NCBI RefSeq assembly: GCF_030028105.1
Contig: NC_092378.1
Location: 113,759,731 to 113,823,730, forward strand
Direction of reading: 5' to 3'
DNA length: 64,000 nucleotides
Source: Mobula birostris
Taxonomy: Eukaryota
The notes below the pieces were generated by a model. It ran no database searches. It saw nothing but the letters and a program-made list of their open reading frames with translations, and was not told where the DNA came from. A program made the position numbers and the translations under genes. Of this stretch, positions 46,376 through 60,553 are shown one piece after another (the stretch's first letter is position 1; every line of letters begins with the position of its first letter).

Positions 46376-49300
46376 TCTCTTTTTGTATTTTATCTGTATT
46401 TAACTCCCATCAGTTTCTTTTTGCTCTTGCAGTTTCTTAACTCTACCCAAAATTATTCTACATCTCTTGATCCTATGTTGTTTCTTTCTAAGGATTGGAT
46501 TTCATTTTTTGCCAACAGAACCACCCCACTCTGGCCGCCACCTGCCTGCCTTTTCAATACCATGTGTATTCTTGGATGTTAAGCTTCCAGCTATAATCTT
46601 TCAACCAGGACTCAGTGATGCATGCAGCATTGTATCTGCCAATTTCCAACTGCGCTACATGATAATATACCTTATGAAATACATTGTGTGGCGTAACACC
46701 TTCAGTCCTATATTCACCATTCTTCTTTTCAATTTTGGTTCCACGCTATCTGAAGTTAAGTTCTTATCCCTTTCTAAACTTTTTGCCTTATTCTTTATTC
46801 TCGAGACTCCAGTAACATCTCCTGTATTTTCTTTTCTTTTTACTTTATCCATACTTCTCCAAGCTGTTGAACCTAACCCCTTACTATTTAGTTTAAAGTC
46901 CTATCCACAGCCCTAGTTATGTGATTCACCAGGACCCTAGTCCCAGCATGGTTTAGCTAGATCCATCACAATAGCTCCCTCCTTCCCCAATACGAGTGCC
47001 AATGCACCACAAATTCAAATCCATTTCTCCTATGCCAATCTTTGATCCACACATTTAGCTTTCCAATCTTATTAACCCTATGCCAATTTGCATGTGACTC
47101 AGGTAACAATCCAGGGATTATTACCTTTTTGTTTCTGCATTTTAACTTAGTCCCTAGTTGCTCAAAATCACTCAGCAGAACCTTTGTCTTTATTCTGCAA
47201 TGCCAGGAAATTCAATTAAAACTCAGAGGACTACCACTCTGAGAAATGGACAACGTCCTCCATGCAGTGGACAAAACTGGATCAAGTCCATTATAGATGA
47301 CTTTTAATAATAATGATGATGGAAGACGAGCAGAAAGAGCATTAAGTATTGAGGTACGAGAAATCCAAAGGAAGTCAATAGCAGATCTATTGGTTGCTTA
47401 TTCAGACAATTCTGTTCTGTCTTCAAGAGCAACTCTGTTCACCTTATAAATTCAATTCCCAATCTGAATTTTTTATCCTTAGCTTCTAATGCTGCCCTAA
47501 TTATTTCTCTCAAGCTTGATGAGTAGCATTTTTCATGAGCATTTGACAGTTGTCTTGCCTTTATATAGAGCAATTATTTCAGATCATAGCATTTTCTTTC
47601 TTGGCTGCTGGCAAGAGATTAGTTGTGGTAGAACTTCTGGTGGAATGGAGTGAGGGCGGTTGGAACTTGAGATAGAGATCCTCTGGTGAATTCTGTGCTT
47701 GTGAGCATAGCTATTTACTCATGTTCTGTTTCCACTAAATGACTTACCTATTTGTTTTATAATAGCTTCAATGTAATATCACCTCAATCACTTTTCTGCC
47801 TTTTATTTTTCTCTTTGGGATCAATTTGGACATTGATTATCCATAATTTCTCTTAGCATTTAAATCTAAGATATTCATTTACAACTCTTTTTCAATGCAA
47901 ACTGATGGACTTCATTCTTTTTATACTATTACAGAGAGAAAGTACAGGGTAGCTTCACTTTGCCACACACTCCTATTCATTGCTATATTTAGAAAAAGTG
48001 AAGCATTACTTTGCAAATTAAAAACACTGCTTAACAGGAACCATGCAGCACCGGGGCTATTTTTTAATTGAAAATTGAAAATATTATTGGAATCATCTTT
48101 GAAAGTTTTTATTTTAGGAGTTACAAGTTTGCATATCAATATAAAGAAGTACATATTTGCAATTAAATATTCTCTTTTTGGATCACAGTTCCAATATACC
48201 TTGCAGCAAATTAATTCCTGTTAAGTTTAATCACTGTTGTAATTCATATCAACTAATTGCACAGAGCTGGGCCCCATCAATGAACAGATACAGTAATTTA
48301 CTTTAATGAGGGACAAAATTTAGACAAGATACAAGGGAGTTTCACCTGCTCTTTTGCAAAGTGCTCTTTGGGAATCTCTCCTGTTATCTATCTGGGATGT
48401 AGAGCCTCATGTAGATATGTTATCTGAAGTACAGCACTTCTGATAATGCAATATTAAATCAGAACAGTTGGAAGAAATTTCAAGTGTGCATCTTTAGTCT
48501 TGTACTTGTCAGAAGTCTTCACTTGAAGATTTGGCAGCATTACTATAAGTTTCAACCTTAATGATGTTTTACATTTCAAGATTCATGGTTTGAGAAAGGA
48601 GTTTAAATTCACCATATCCTCTGGCGGCTGTAAGATTAAAAATTCCTACTCTTTGTAACGGCAAAACTAATCCAGAATCAAAACAAAGCACTTGCCACTA
48701 GCATGCAACCGCCACGGGGTTGTTGTACTTGCATGATCCACCTTCAGCTCCAATGAAACGATTGTTCCAAAGAGTTGAATCCTTAATTCAATCCTTTATT
48801 AGCAATCGGCAAAGGTATGACCTCCACCAGTTCCAAGCTACAAACTGCCGCAAAATAAGCAAGAGTATGTAACTTATTCCCTTCACTTTTACCGCACCCA
48901 AACTAATGAGACTAGTTACCATAATATACATAATAAACGCATAACACAGAATACAAAGCAATAGAAAACAGAATAGCTCCAGAGCTATCTAGAAACAAAG
49001 CTCAATATACGTAAGCAAGCTTTGTGATAAATGATTAAAATACACATGTGTACACATTTTACATTTGACAGCGATTAATAGAATGCTTAAAATGACTTTC
49101 TGGGACAAGGTAAGCACAAAATATCAATAATGAGAGCTTGGGTATGCCACATGTTCCACTCCCAGTATCATTTCACCTTGGATGAGGGGTGAGGTTGTGG
49201 AGGGACAGAGATCTCCAGTCACAATTCTTTAGTTATTATGCTGTGCAGATGGACTTTCCTTGTCATCAATGTCATAAAAAAACTGTACTATAGTGGGAGC

Positions 49301-50334
49301 AATTATGAAACAATTGCTTTCCTTGAAATAATCTGACAAACATCTCAAACACTTCACAGGGGCATTGCCAAACCAACAAAATTGATTTTGGGCCACTGAA
49401 CATGATGTCAGGAAAACTGTTCAGTTGCTTAATCAAAGGTAGCTTTTAAGGCACAACTTTGATAAAGAAAGAAAGGTCATTAAATATGACAAGGCAGTCA
49501 GGGACATTAAGGAAAAGTTAGTGCTTCAGGGTACGTCCCCAAATCTAATGTACTGTAGGTCTATTTACACTTATTTTATTGGAAATCTTGGTTGTTATGA
49601 TGTAGAATCCAGATCATGACAACTGAAGTGGGGCAAGAAAGATTCCTGCTGGGATGATATGTTATTATTGCATTGGAAATGATCCAACATAGCCTGTTAG
49701 TTAAGATGAGACATTGTATTCTCGATCCAGAGAATAATATTCACAGTATCTGTGAGTAGTGATCACAGCCAAAGCCTGTGACTGAGCTACATTTATAAAG
49801 ACTGATATGTAAACATACCAGTTTATACTTCTGGTAAGAAATGTAGAAGCAGTACATTTTATATATACAGTATATATAAAATATTGAGTGTTTTAATGTT
49901 ATTAGTTTTTTTAAGGATTGTGTCACATTAACCATTCTCTGGATGGCGTCAGTGTGTGTAGAAAGTTCTACAAACAATTGGTGTACAGTGCTTGAGGAAA
50001 CCACACACACGCTTGACTTTCTCTTGTCTCACATGCAATTGATTTTATTAGATGTTAAAAAGCTACTGGCATATAGTTTTTAATATTAAGTAAGTTTTCA
50101 TATGTGGGTCCTGTCATAAGTAAGGACGACAAAATATACGTACGTAGTTTTATGTAATTCAACAACACTGAATCCATATTATCTTTAGTAACACAGCATA
50201 AATATCATTTGACTAACACTATTAATATTCATTTTATTTTCAGGAGTAATGTATCCCGTGAAGGAGAATAGCACAAATAATAATCGTCAAAAGATGCCAG
50301 TAGATATTTGTCATTCAATGAACAGTGGCAGTGG

Positions 50335-50519
50335 CACCTGGTGTTTCAGTTACTGCAACTGCTGTGGTGTCAAACCTGCTCCTGAAATCAATCCATGGGG
50401 TAATGGAGCCAGGAGCTAAATTTGTGATTGTATATTAAGTAACATCTTAAGTATGAGCTTATTTCAGCATTTAGAAACTGCCTCTTTCAGCTGTCCGCTA
50501 ACGCACGGTCCACATTATG
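50335..50519 (+). promoter_or_regulatory. Candidate RPL3L promoter and exon 1
   Basis: TOP-like cctctttc at 50481. E-boxes CACCTG 50335, CAACTG 50356 and CAGCTG 50488. MEF2-consensus CTATATTTAG upstream at 47983-47992. Confidence 0.55.
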
Positions 50520-53500
50520 GTTTGTATGCTTTCTCTTAATTTTAAACTCTGTGATTGGACACAAGAATTTTTTTTCTTAGATTAGCCATAAGAGGGACTG
50601 TGAATGCATATGTTGTATTGTTCCTATTTTTATATGGTTTACTCTGAACTTTAATGAAACTTTTTCCAGAAGATCTGGAGCTTATATTTGTGCTGTGGAT
50701 GTTCAGTGATTGACTGTTGTGTGAAGGGCATTTTTTAATGATTCGACTTTTTTCTCCAGTCACATCGCAAATTTTCAGCGCCCAGGCATGGGCACACAGG
50801 ATTCCTTCCTCGTAAGAGAAGTTCCAGGCACAGAGGGAAAGTTAAAAGCTGGCCTAAAGATGATCCAAGCAAGCCTGTGCATTTGACAGCTTTTTTGGGA
50901 TACAAAGCTGGCATGACTCATGTTTTGCGGGATATACACAGACCAGGCCAAAGTAAGATTTGCCTTATTTTACTCCTTGTTCCATGTAACATTCTGTTTA
51001 TGTATTGCCCAGGCAATTAAACTTCATATCCTTGCTAATGCCTTATATGTGTCTACCTTGTCTGTGAAAACTCTTATCCAGCCAGACCAAGTAATGCAAT
51101 ATACTGTCAATGAAATCCTAATGGACTTCTTATTTCATGTCCTATCATCAGAAAGATGGCTCAACTAACATTTTAGCATTCCTTCAAATACAGACTGGAT
51201 AGATTATTGGGTTCCAGTCTCAGAAATGAGGTTTGAACCTTTAACTTTCTAATTTTGAGTCGAGAGTTCTTTTCAGTCATCCAAGAGCAAATATTGTGGA
51301 TTCATTCCTTACTCCAGAGGTGTGAGGCAAGTTCATAGGTTCATTGTATTATCAAAGTAAGTATGCAGAATACAACTCCGAAACTTGCCTCTTCTCCAGA
51401 TAGCCAGAGAATACCGAAAACTATATAAGTAGTTGAAAGAAAGACACCAATCCCCTGCACGAAAAGAAACACTCGCAAACCCCCAGCCTGGCCCAAGCCC
51501 TCCCTCGCACAAAAACTAACAGATCAAACAAATCCCCAGCCTGCCAACTTACAGGAAAGCATGGGCAAAAACACAAAAAAATTTACAGATCCGAAAGAGG
51601 CCAATGTGAACTACAGTCCAAACTATAAATCTCTTGAGAGATTTACACACTTGAGAGCATCGTGAGCCAACAACCCCTTCGACGTCAGCGACTCAAACCA
51701 GTGGCCTGTCTGAGGAAAGTCCTTGGCTGAAATTCTACAACAACCCTGAGAAGGGACAAAAATTAAAAACAGAAAGTGCTGGAAATACCCAACAGGTCAG
51801 GTTGCATCAGTGGGAAAAGAAACCATTAACAGTTCAGGTTGAAGTCCCTTTTTTGGTGCATTCTGAAAAATGGTCTTTCACCTGAAACATTAACTCTGGT
51901 TTTCTTCCCACAGATTGGCCTAAATCTGCTATTTCCAACATTTTCTGGTTTTATTTTAAATTTTCAGTTCTGCAGTTGTTGATTTTTCTATATTTTCACT
52001 GAGAAAGGCATAGTCCATCAGATAATACATTCATATAAAAACAGTTCCCTCAAGATCCTGTGGCACTATTTTGAAGACTGAAAATCTCTCAGGCTGTTGA
52101 GCAATATTTATTCCTTAATCAACACAATTAAGAAACAGACTATGTCATTGTTGTTTACTGTGCTGCCCTACCTTAATTACCACAGGAGTTATATATAGTA
52201 TCTGAAGTATTTAATTGGCTATAACTTACATTGAAGTGTACTAAAGTTGTGAAAGCTGCTATAGGATTGCAAGTACTTTATTTTTCACTTTTTATTGTCA
52301 GTCACCGATGCTTTATGGTTGTCTAGTTTAAGCCTTGCTTTTGCACTATCTGTTGAATAGTATTTTGCTTATAATGGTTGATAATGGTACAGTTCCCATT
52401 GCTTAATTTGACAGAAAATCACATTTTGGTGTAGTTGTCGGTTTTGCAGCTCTGGTATTGAAAAAATATCAGGGCATTACTTCCAATACAATGTCTATCC
52501 CACTCAACTTTCTATATTTGAACTGGATGTTTTAATATTTCAGAGATCTCAAAACGCGAAATGGTGGAGGCTGTTACGATAATAGATACACCTCCAGTAG
52601 TAATCATTGGGATTGTTGGATATGTGGACACTCCCAGGGGATTGCGGGCATTGAAGACAATCTTTGCAGAACACATAAGTGATGAATGCAAGCGTCGTTT
52701 CTACAAGAACTGGTAATAAGAATTTTTCTCTCTTTTTCAAAAATTTGCCTTTGTCAAGTACTAGTAAATATGGGTGGAATAGAACTTAAAGGAAGAAGCT
52801 GCAAAGTTTCAATCCCAAGTTCATTTGGTGTCCCCATCTCATGTGGGATTCAATCTATTTAGACGAAAGATCCTTAGGGACCATGAGAAGACTAAAGGCT
52901 ACCAGAGCAAGTTCACTTGCTCTATCAGAGTGCATTGCTCTCTCATCCTACGCCAAATTTAATTTTAAAATCCCCTGATGTATTAACTTTGTCACTTCAC
53001 AGTATTTAAAATATTCATTAACCTTTGAATCAAAACCATTGAGAATCTCCTTTGCATTGCATCCAGGGCATTGATGGTTCTCTTGTGTTCCAATAACTAG
53101 AACTGGGCTTGGAGAAGCACATGGTTTCCACATTTCCATTTTTCCAAACTCCAATTTTAAGAGACTTGGTTGCACAGTTTAGGCAGTCATCTAGTCTTAA
53201 ACTGTTTGTCAGTTCTTCCCTTAATATCTTTAAATCTCAGAACAAATCACTTCTTAGTGCCCTAAATTCAACAATGTTTGGTTAATCCCTCTTCATAATG
53301 TCACTTCTGTGTCCAGTTATTAGGTATCATTTTCATACGTTTAATGCTTACTGTCTCCAAGAACAAAATATCCTTTCTACAGCTCACAGTTCACCAGGCA
53401 TAGTTAAACCAGGGCTTCGAATAATTGCTTTACAACTTTTAATTTCACAGGCATTTTGATTAATTTCTATATTTATCTGTGACATTTAAATTTTTTATGT

Positions 53501-56500
53501 ATAGTACATGCACCTCTAAGACTCTTTCTACATCACTAAAGTTTGTAGTGCTTAATCAGTTAGAAGATTCTCAGTTCTTTCAGTTCTAGGCCCTCTACAG
53601 ATGATCTTACACTTGCCAATGTTGAAGTCCATTTACCTTTGCTAAATCCATTAATATATGTAATACAGTATAGTATATGTAATTTTATGCCTCCATCAGC
53701 GTGTGTTTACATTTATTCATGAAGTAATTATTCAATATATGTTGCAGGCATTGAGCTCTTTCTAGATATTACTCAAAAATTAACAAATAAAGTGGTTTAT
53801 TGGCTCCTAAGGAAGTGACAGCATAAATATCATAGTTGCCATGGTTGACAACAAACCGAACGCTGCGTAGGGATCGGGAAGCTGCCTTCAGACTGGGGCA
53901 TAAAATGGCTGTCAGGTCAGCATGAGCTGCACTTTCCCGTGCCATCAGGAAGGCAAAACAGCACCACTCACGGTCATTTCTGTGACGCCATAGACATGAG
54001 GCGCAAGTGGCAGGTCATTCAGACCATATGCGTCAGTGATAATGATGCCACTCTTCCTGATAGGCTGAATGTCTTTTACACACAGTTTGATAGGTGGGAT
54101 AATGCGCCGGCAAGGAAGACTCCCCCTCCCCCAAACGAGCAGGCACTCTGTCTGGCTGCAGCTGATTCATGTGAGGAAGACCCCAGCCAAGGTCAACCCA
54201 TGTAAAGTTGCAGGGCCTGATAGCATACTGGGTAGGGTGCTGAGACACTGCAGCCCAGTTAACAGAGGTTGTAACAGACATCTTCAGCACCTCTTTGGAA
54301 CAGTCCCCTGTCCCCATAGGCTTCAAGACAGTATTTATAATGCCACTGTTGCTTAATGACTACTGTCCAGTGGCATTGACCTCAACAGTAATGGAGTGTT
54401 TTGAGTGGGTGGTTATAGACCACATTAAATCCCATCTTCCTGCTACATAAGATCTCTTCCGGTTCACTTCTCACTCAAATTGGTCCACTGATGATGCCAT
54501 AGCCTGTGCACTCCACTGTGTCCTGTCCCACCTGGAACTGGTGCCTCACATACCAGGATGCTGTTCATCCACTGCAGCTCAGCATTTAATGTGGTCATCC
54601 CTCAGGAGCTGGTTGGTATTCTGCCCTCAGTGTGTCTCAACACCTCTCTCTGTAACTGGATCTCGGGCTTCTTGACAGAAAGACCACAGTCAGTCCATGT
54701 TGGGAGCAGCATCTCTAGCTCCATCACGCTGAGCATCATGTACCCCAGGGCTGCGTGCTCACCCCGCTACTGACACATGATTGTCCTGTTAGATCCAGTT
54801 CAAAGTATCTCACCAAGTTCGCTGGTGACACAACAGTGGTTGGTCTCATCAACAATGACAAAGGGACAGCATACAGAGAGGAGGCAGAGTGGCTGGTAGA
54901 ACAGTGTGAGCACAACATCTTGTGTCTCAACATGGACGAGACCAAGGGGATGTTTGTGGACCTCAGGAAGGTGCATGCCGACCATTCTTCATTGCAGATA
55001 AACATTGGAGAAGGTTAGAAGCACAAGTTTCTGGGAGTGCACATTACAGGTGATCTCACCTGGTCCCTCAACACCATCTGTTTAATCAAGAAATCACAGC
55101 AACATCTTAACCCTCCCCCCCCCCAATTCTAACCAATTTTTATAGGAGCACCATTGACAGTTCCTGTTCAGCTGCATTACTGTCTGGTACGGGAATTGTG
55201 AGGCATTTGGCCACAGGACTCTACAAAGTACTGCTGAGACGATTGTCGGGGTCTCTCTTCCACCCGTATGAAATATGTACAGGAGCACTCGGGGCACAGG
55301 ACCCTTAGCGTTGTCAATGATCCCCACCATTCATCAAATAATCTCTTTGATCACTCCCCCACCCCCACCATCAGGCAGGAGGTACCATAGCATTAGGACA
55401 AGAACTGTTGGAATGGGAAACAGCTTTTCCCCCCCAAGGCCATAAACTACTGAACTCCCTGCCATACCCAGGTCTCGTCACATATGAAGCAACAGTGGTG
55501 TTAGACTGGTTATTTTTTAACTTGTGTTGTAAGTGTAACTTATTAGTTGTTAACTTATTTGTGGTAATATTGCTTTTTGTGTTGTGTGTGAATTGTATGT
55601 GTTGTGTTGTGCACTTTGGTCCTGAGGAATGTTGTTTCATTTGGCAGGATATATATATGGTTGAGTGACAATAAAATTGAATTTGAACATAAAATATCAG
55701 ACTACAATTACATAAAATAGATGTTTGAATAGAAGTAGAAGGTGATTAATAATCAAGGGAACAACTGAGATTTTGTCATTTTCTTGATCTGCTCAGGCAA
55801 GCTAAGCCTCTCGTAAATTCACTTATAAAATCCCTCTTCACCCTTCTTTTTGATTCATTTCTGTACTGCCTCCCTTCATAATTGATTGTAAGTGCAGGGG
55901 AGACCTAAATCAATCACTGATTTAGATGCACCCCTCAGCTTACTCACAGAACTGCTGCGCCTGATGACCCTGTGATATCCATCTCAGAGGCCAATGTTAG
56001 GCTGTCTTTAAAGAGAGTGAACCCTCGCAAGGCGGCAGGTCCCAATGGAGTACCTGGTAAGGCTCTGAAAACCAGTGTCAACCAACGATCAGGAGTATTC
56101 AAAGACATTTTCAACCTCTCACTGCTACGGACGGAAGTTCCCACTTGCTTCAAAAAGGCAACAATTATACCAGTGCCTAAGAAGAATAATGTGGGCTGCC
56201 TTAATGACTATCGCCCGGTAGCACTCACATCTACAGTGATGAAATGCTTTGAGAGGTTGGTCATGACTAGACTGAACTCCTGCCTCAGCAAGGACCTGGA
56301 CCCATTGCAATTTGCCTATTGCCACAATAGATCAATGGCAGACGCAATCTCAATGGCTCTCCACACGGCTTTAGACCACCTAGACAACACAAACACCTAT
56401 GTCAGGATGCTGTTCATCAGCTGTAGCTCAGCATTTATTACCATCATTCCCAAAATCCTGATTGAGAAGTTGCTGAACCTGGGCCTCTGTACCTCCCTCT

Positions 56501-59500
56501 GCAATTAGATCCTTGACTTCTTAACTGGAAAACCACAATCTGTGCAGATTGGTGATAACGTATCCTCCTCACTGACAATCAACACTGATGCACCTCAGGG
56601 GCATGTGCTTAGCCCACTGCTCTACTCTCTATATACACATGACTGTGTGGTTAGGCATAACTCAAATACCATCTATAAATTTGTTGATGATACAACCATT
56701 GTTGGTAGAATCTCAGGTGGTGACAATAGGGCGTACAGGAGTGAGATATGCCAACTAATGGAGTGGTGCCGCAGAGCTGATTGTGGACTTCAGGAAGGGT
56801 AAGACGAAGGAACACATACCAATCCTCATTGAGGGATCAGAAGTGGAGAGAGTGAGCAGCTTCAAGTTCCTGGGTGTCAAGATCTCTGAGGATCTAACCT
56901 GGTCCCAACATATCGATGTAGTTATAACGAAGGCAAGACAGCGGCTATACTTTATTAGGAGTTTGAAGAGATTTGGCATGCCAACAAATACACTCAAAAA
57001 CTTCTATAGTTGTACCATGGAGAACATTCTGACAGGCTGCATCACTGTCTGGTATGGAGGGGCCACTGCACAGGACCGAAAGAAGCTGCAGGAGGTTATA
57101 AATCTTGTCAGCTCCATCTTGGGTACTAGCCTACAAACTACCCAGGACATCTTTAGGGAGCAGTGTCTCAGAAAGGCAGCATCCATTATTTAGGACCTCC
57201 AGCACCCAGGGCATGCCCTTTTCTGTCTGTTACCATCGGGTAGGAGATACAGAAGCCTGAAGGCACTCACTCAGCGATTCACGAACAGCTTCTTCCCTTC
57301 TGCTATCTGATTCCTAAATGGACATTGAATCTTTGGACACTACCTCACTTTTTTTTTAATATACAGTATTTCTCTTTTTGCATGTTTTAAAAAATCTGTT
57401 CAATATACATAATTGATTTACTTGTTTATTGATTATTATTATTATGTTTATTTATTATTATTATTATTAATTTTTCTCTGCTGGATTATGTATTGCATTG
57501 AACTGCTGCTGCTAAGTTAACAAATTTCACGTCACATGTCGGTGATAATAAGCCTGATTCTGATTCTGAGAAAGACAGGTTGAATAATAGTTTTGCCTCA
57601 ACCTGAGGTCCTGCCCTGGAAAATTCATCTCTTGCTTGGATATCCGACTAATTTGAAAAGTATGGTTAGTTGAACAAGAGTTTGACTGAAAGCAGTTACA
57701 ACATTTTGTAAATTGTGCTTTTCTGCATTGGAAACACTTTGTTAATGGGGTCACCAGAAAAGCTGAAACAGTGTAAATAAGGTGGATTGTACATTGGAAA
57801 ATAAAATGCATGAGCTGCTAGAAGGTGGAGCAGGTCCACAGGTGGGCATTGTAGAACCATGTCCAGTTCTTCTTATTCTTTTCAATTTCTTATAAATTTG
57901 CAAGATTCATTTGGAAAATTCAGCCTTATGACATAAACATAAAGGGTATTTTCTGTCATGTCTTTGAGAAGAATAATTAATATCTTTTCAATATAGTATA
58001 AGATACGGTCCATGCCATATTTGCATGTTCAATTAGGTGCAAGAGTAAGAGGAAAGCCTTTACTAAATACAACAAGAAATGGCAGGATGAGGCGGGGAAG
58101 AAACAACTGGAGAAAGATTTTGAAGCCATGAAGAAGTATTGCAAAGTCATCAGAGTCATTGTTCATACTCAGGTGAGAACTTTTTTTTCTCTGTTGTACT
58201 TATCTACTTCTTCCAATTCTAGACATTAATTTTTAAGACCCATATTACAAAGTGGGGCCAGATTGGTATCAAAGCAATTCCAAAAGCCGTGCTACTGTGA
58301 TGACTTGCAATGTGTTTTACTTCAAGCATGGGAGCAGCATCTTCAGAACTAGTGGAAAGACTGAGAATTCTTAGATGTCATTTCTCACTATGACTTCAAA
58401 CCTATACTATTGAAGCTTGATCGATACGGCAGAGCCCTATAATGTGGTGTAAGGATTCACCTTTGGCACTAGTGATCAGGACTATGGCGTTCTGAGGATT
58501 ATAAAGTTAACCTGTTTTAAAATTTCAAAGCAGTTGAATAGTACTGACAATTTTAAGTTTTAATGTCAGAAGTGCACACAATTCAGAATTTAACACAGCA
58601 TTTAGACCAATGCATTTAATAATAATAATAATTCCAAGTTAAAATTAAAAAATAGTTTTGAAGTGTTAATGTTGTTAAATAAATGCAAGTTGACGATCTT
58701 CTGAGGGGCGTTGATCTGAAAGGTCATCAGTCTGCAACATTAATTTTGCTTTTCTTTCCATTCTGATCTATGAGTGTTTCCAGATTTCTATTTAAGTTTC
58801 AGATTTACAGTATCCGAGGTGTTTTACTTTTGAACTGATTTAACCCTTTTCACAATCTTAGGATGTCCCTTTGTTCTGCAAAATCAATTATGTGTTGTCA
58901 CCAAGATCCTGCAAACAGCAATTTCAACATCAACAAAACACGGGCTGGTAATCTCTTTTTGTCCCAAGGCATGGTAAACTAGCTACACATGGTGGGTCAA
59001 CGCATCATTTGTGTGAGGGCCCTCCTAGCAGTAATTTCTGTTGTATGTGCTTCACTAATTCCTCCATTGAAAAGCTGATCAAACTGAGTGACACAAAGAC
59101 AAGAAAATTTGCAGATGCTGGAAGTCCAAGCAACACTCACAAAAAGCTGGAAGAACTCAAGGTCAGGCAGCATCTATGGAAAAAAGTAAATGGTTGATGT
59201 TTCGAGCTGAGACCCTTCATCAGGACTGGAAAATAAAGATGAGAAGGTAGAGCAAGAAGCTGGGATGAGGGGAGGAAGAAGTACAAGATGATAGGTGATA
59301 GGTGAAACCGGGAGAGGAGGAGTGGTGAAGTAAAGAGCTGGGAAGTTGATAGGTGAAAAAGATAAAGGGCTGGAGAAGGGGGAATCTCATAGGAGAGGGT
59401 AGAGACCATGAAAGAAAGGGAAGGGGGAGGATCACCAGAGGGAGGTAAAGAGATAAGGTGAGAGAGGGAAACGGGAATGGGAATGGTGAAGGGTAGGGGA

Positions 59501-60553
59501 ATTACCAGAGGTTTGAGAAATCAATGTTCATTGGAAGTGCCCCCCTTCACCATTCCCATTTCTGTTTCCCTCTCTCACCTTATCTCCTTACCTGCCCATC
59601 ACCTCCAACAGATCGGCAGGTGGAGTGTTGTCTTACCAGGAAGGATTGCTTGGGGCCATGAATGTAGATGAAAGAGGAGATGAATGGGCAGGTGTGGCAC
59701 TTCTTCCACTTGCAGGAACTCCTGATGCCCCCCCTTACCTCTTCTCTTCTCCTTACCTGCCTATCACCTCCCCCTGCTGTCTCTCCAGCTTCCCTTTCTC
59801 CCACGGTTCACTCTCCTCTCCCAACAGATTCCTTCTTCTCAGCCCTTTATCTTTTTCACCTATCACCTCCCATTTTACTTTCTGGTTCTGGAGAAGGGTC
59901 TCGGGCTAAAACGTCAACTGTTTATTCTCCTCCACAGGTGCTGCCTGGCATGTTGAGGTCCTGCAGCATTTTGTGTGTATTGCTCTGGATTTCCAGTATC
60001 CGGAGAATCTCTTTATTTGTGACCTAAAGAGATACGAAGCACTGAGTTGAAAAAGGTTCAGTAAAAAAATGCATCTCCTTTGTTAGCTGGATCATTTGTG
60101 AGCAGATTGCAAGGCAGTAGAGTGAAGATACTCATAAGCCTTGTGTATTCTTTTAATCAATTGACATGCCTTGGCTGAATGTAGGGTTTGACAACAGAAG
60201 TCAATTGTTTAAACAATGTGGTCATGCAGTAGCTGACAATTAATTTGGTGAAGGGCTCTGACCTGAAATGTGTCTCCTTGCATAGTTCTTGCCTGACTTG
60301 CTGACTGCTACCTGCACTCCTTGTTTTTATATTATATATGCAATCCTGTTCTTCCTTCCCCGTTAGATGAAGCTGCTACCTTTGCGCCAGAAGAAGGCCC
60401 ATATGATGGAAATTCAACTGAATGGTGGGACCGTTGCGGACAAAGTAGACTGGGCACACGAAAAACTGGAGAAACAAATCTCAGTGCACTCTATCTTCCA
60501 TCAAGATGAAAATATAGATGTCATTGGAGTCACCAAAGGAAAGGGATTCAAAG
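50517..60553 (+). CDS. RPL3L: Ribosomal protein L3-like (muscle paralog of uL3), 5' part; the gene continues beyond the window
   Basis: Exons 50760-50952, 52544-52712, 58037-58172 and 60367-60553: [67 protein letters not shown]3L-type residues (HGH, W at KSW, ISKRE) and synteny with NDUFB10/RPS2 support the paralog call. The ATG-only exon 1 (ATG 50517-50519, donor gtttgt) is less certain. Confidence 0.93.
53850..55688 (+). mobile_element. Degenerate Rex1/Babar LINE (second subfamily)
   Basis: [37 protein letters not shown]; ends gacaataaaattgaatttgaac. Confidence 0.82.
55945..57568 (+). mobile_element. Rex1/Babar LINE, same subfamily as 35535-37528
   Basis: ORFs 55972-56508, 56542-56802 and 56783-57193 closely match the earlier copy; (gattct)n tail. 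Confidence 0.9.
59095..60022. mobile_element. Non-autonomous Penelope derivative with inverted termini
   Basis: Terminal repeat on minus at 59095-59530 and on plus at 59725-60022, with short inverted internal pieces including a CHTCPF..GPKQSF fragment. Confidence 0.78.

Larger units (their letters stand above)
38670..47200 (-). mobile_element. Long degenerate CR1 LINE hosting nested insertions
   Basis: RT remnants at 38670-40330 (FQKAFYKLPH), 41125-41330 and 42684-43160 (VNEPLGDSNHNMLEF); 5' part at 46376-47200. Confidence 0.72.

Noticed and set aside
47555-47665. TATA-like tttatata plus pyrimidine tract as the RPL3L start
   Set aside because: No ATG|GT exon end follows; 50481-50519 fits better.
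58297-58364. Possible C/D snoRNA (GTGATGA...CTGA) in an RPL3L intron
   Set aside because: No terminal stem and no recognisable rRNA-antisense element; such box pairs occur by chance.
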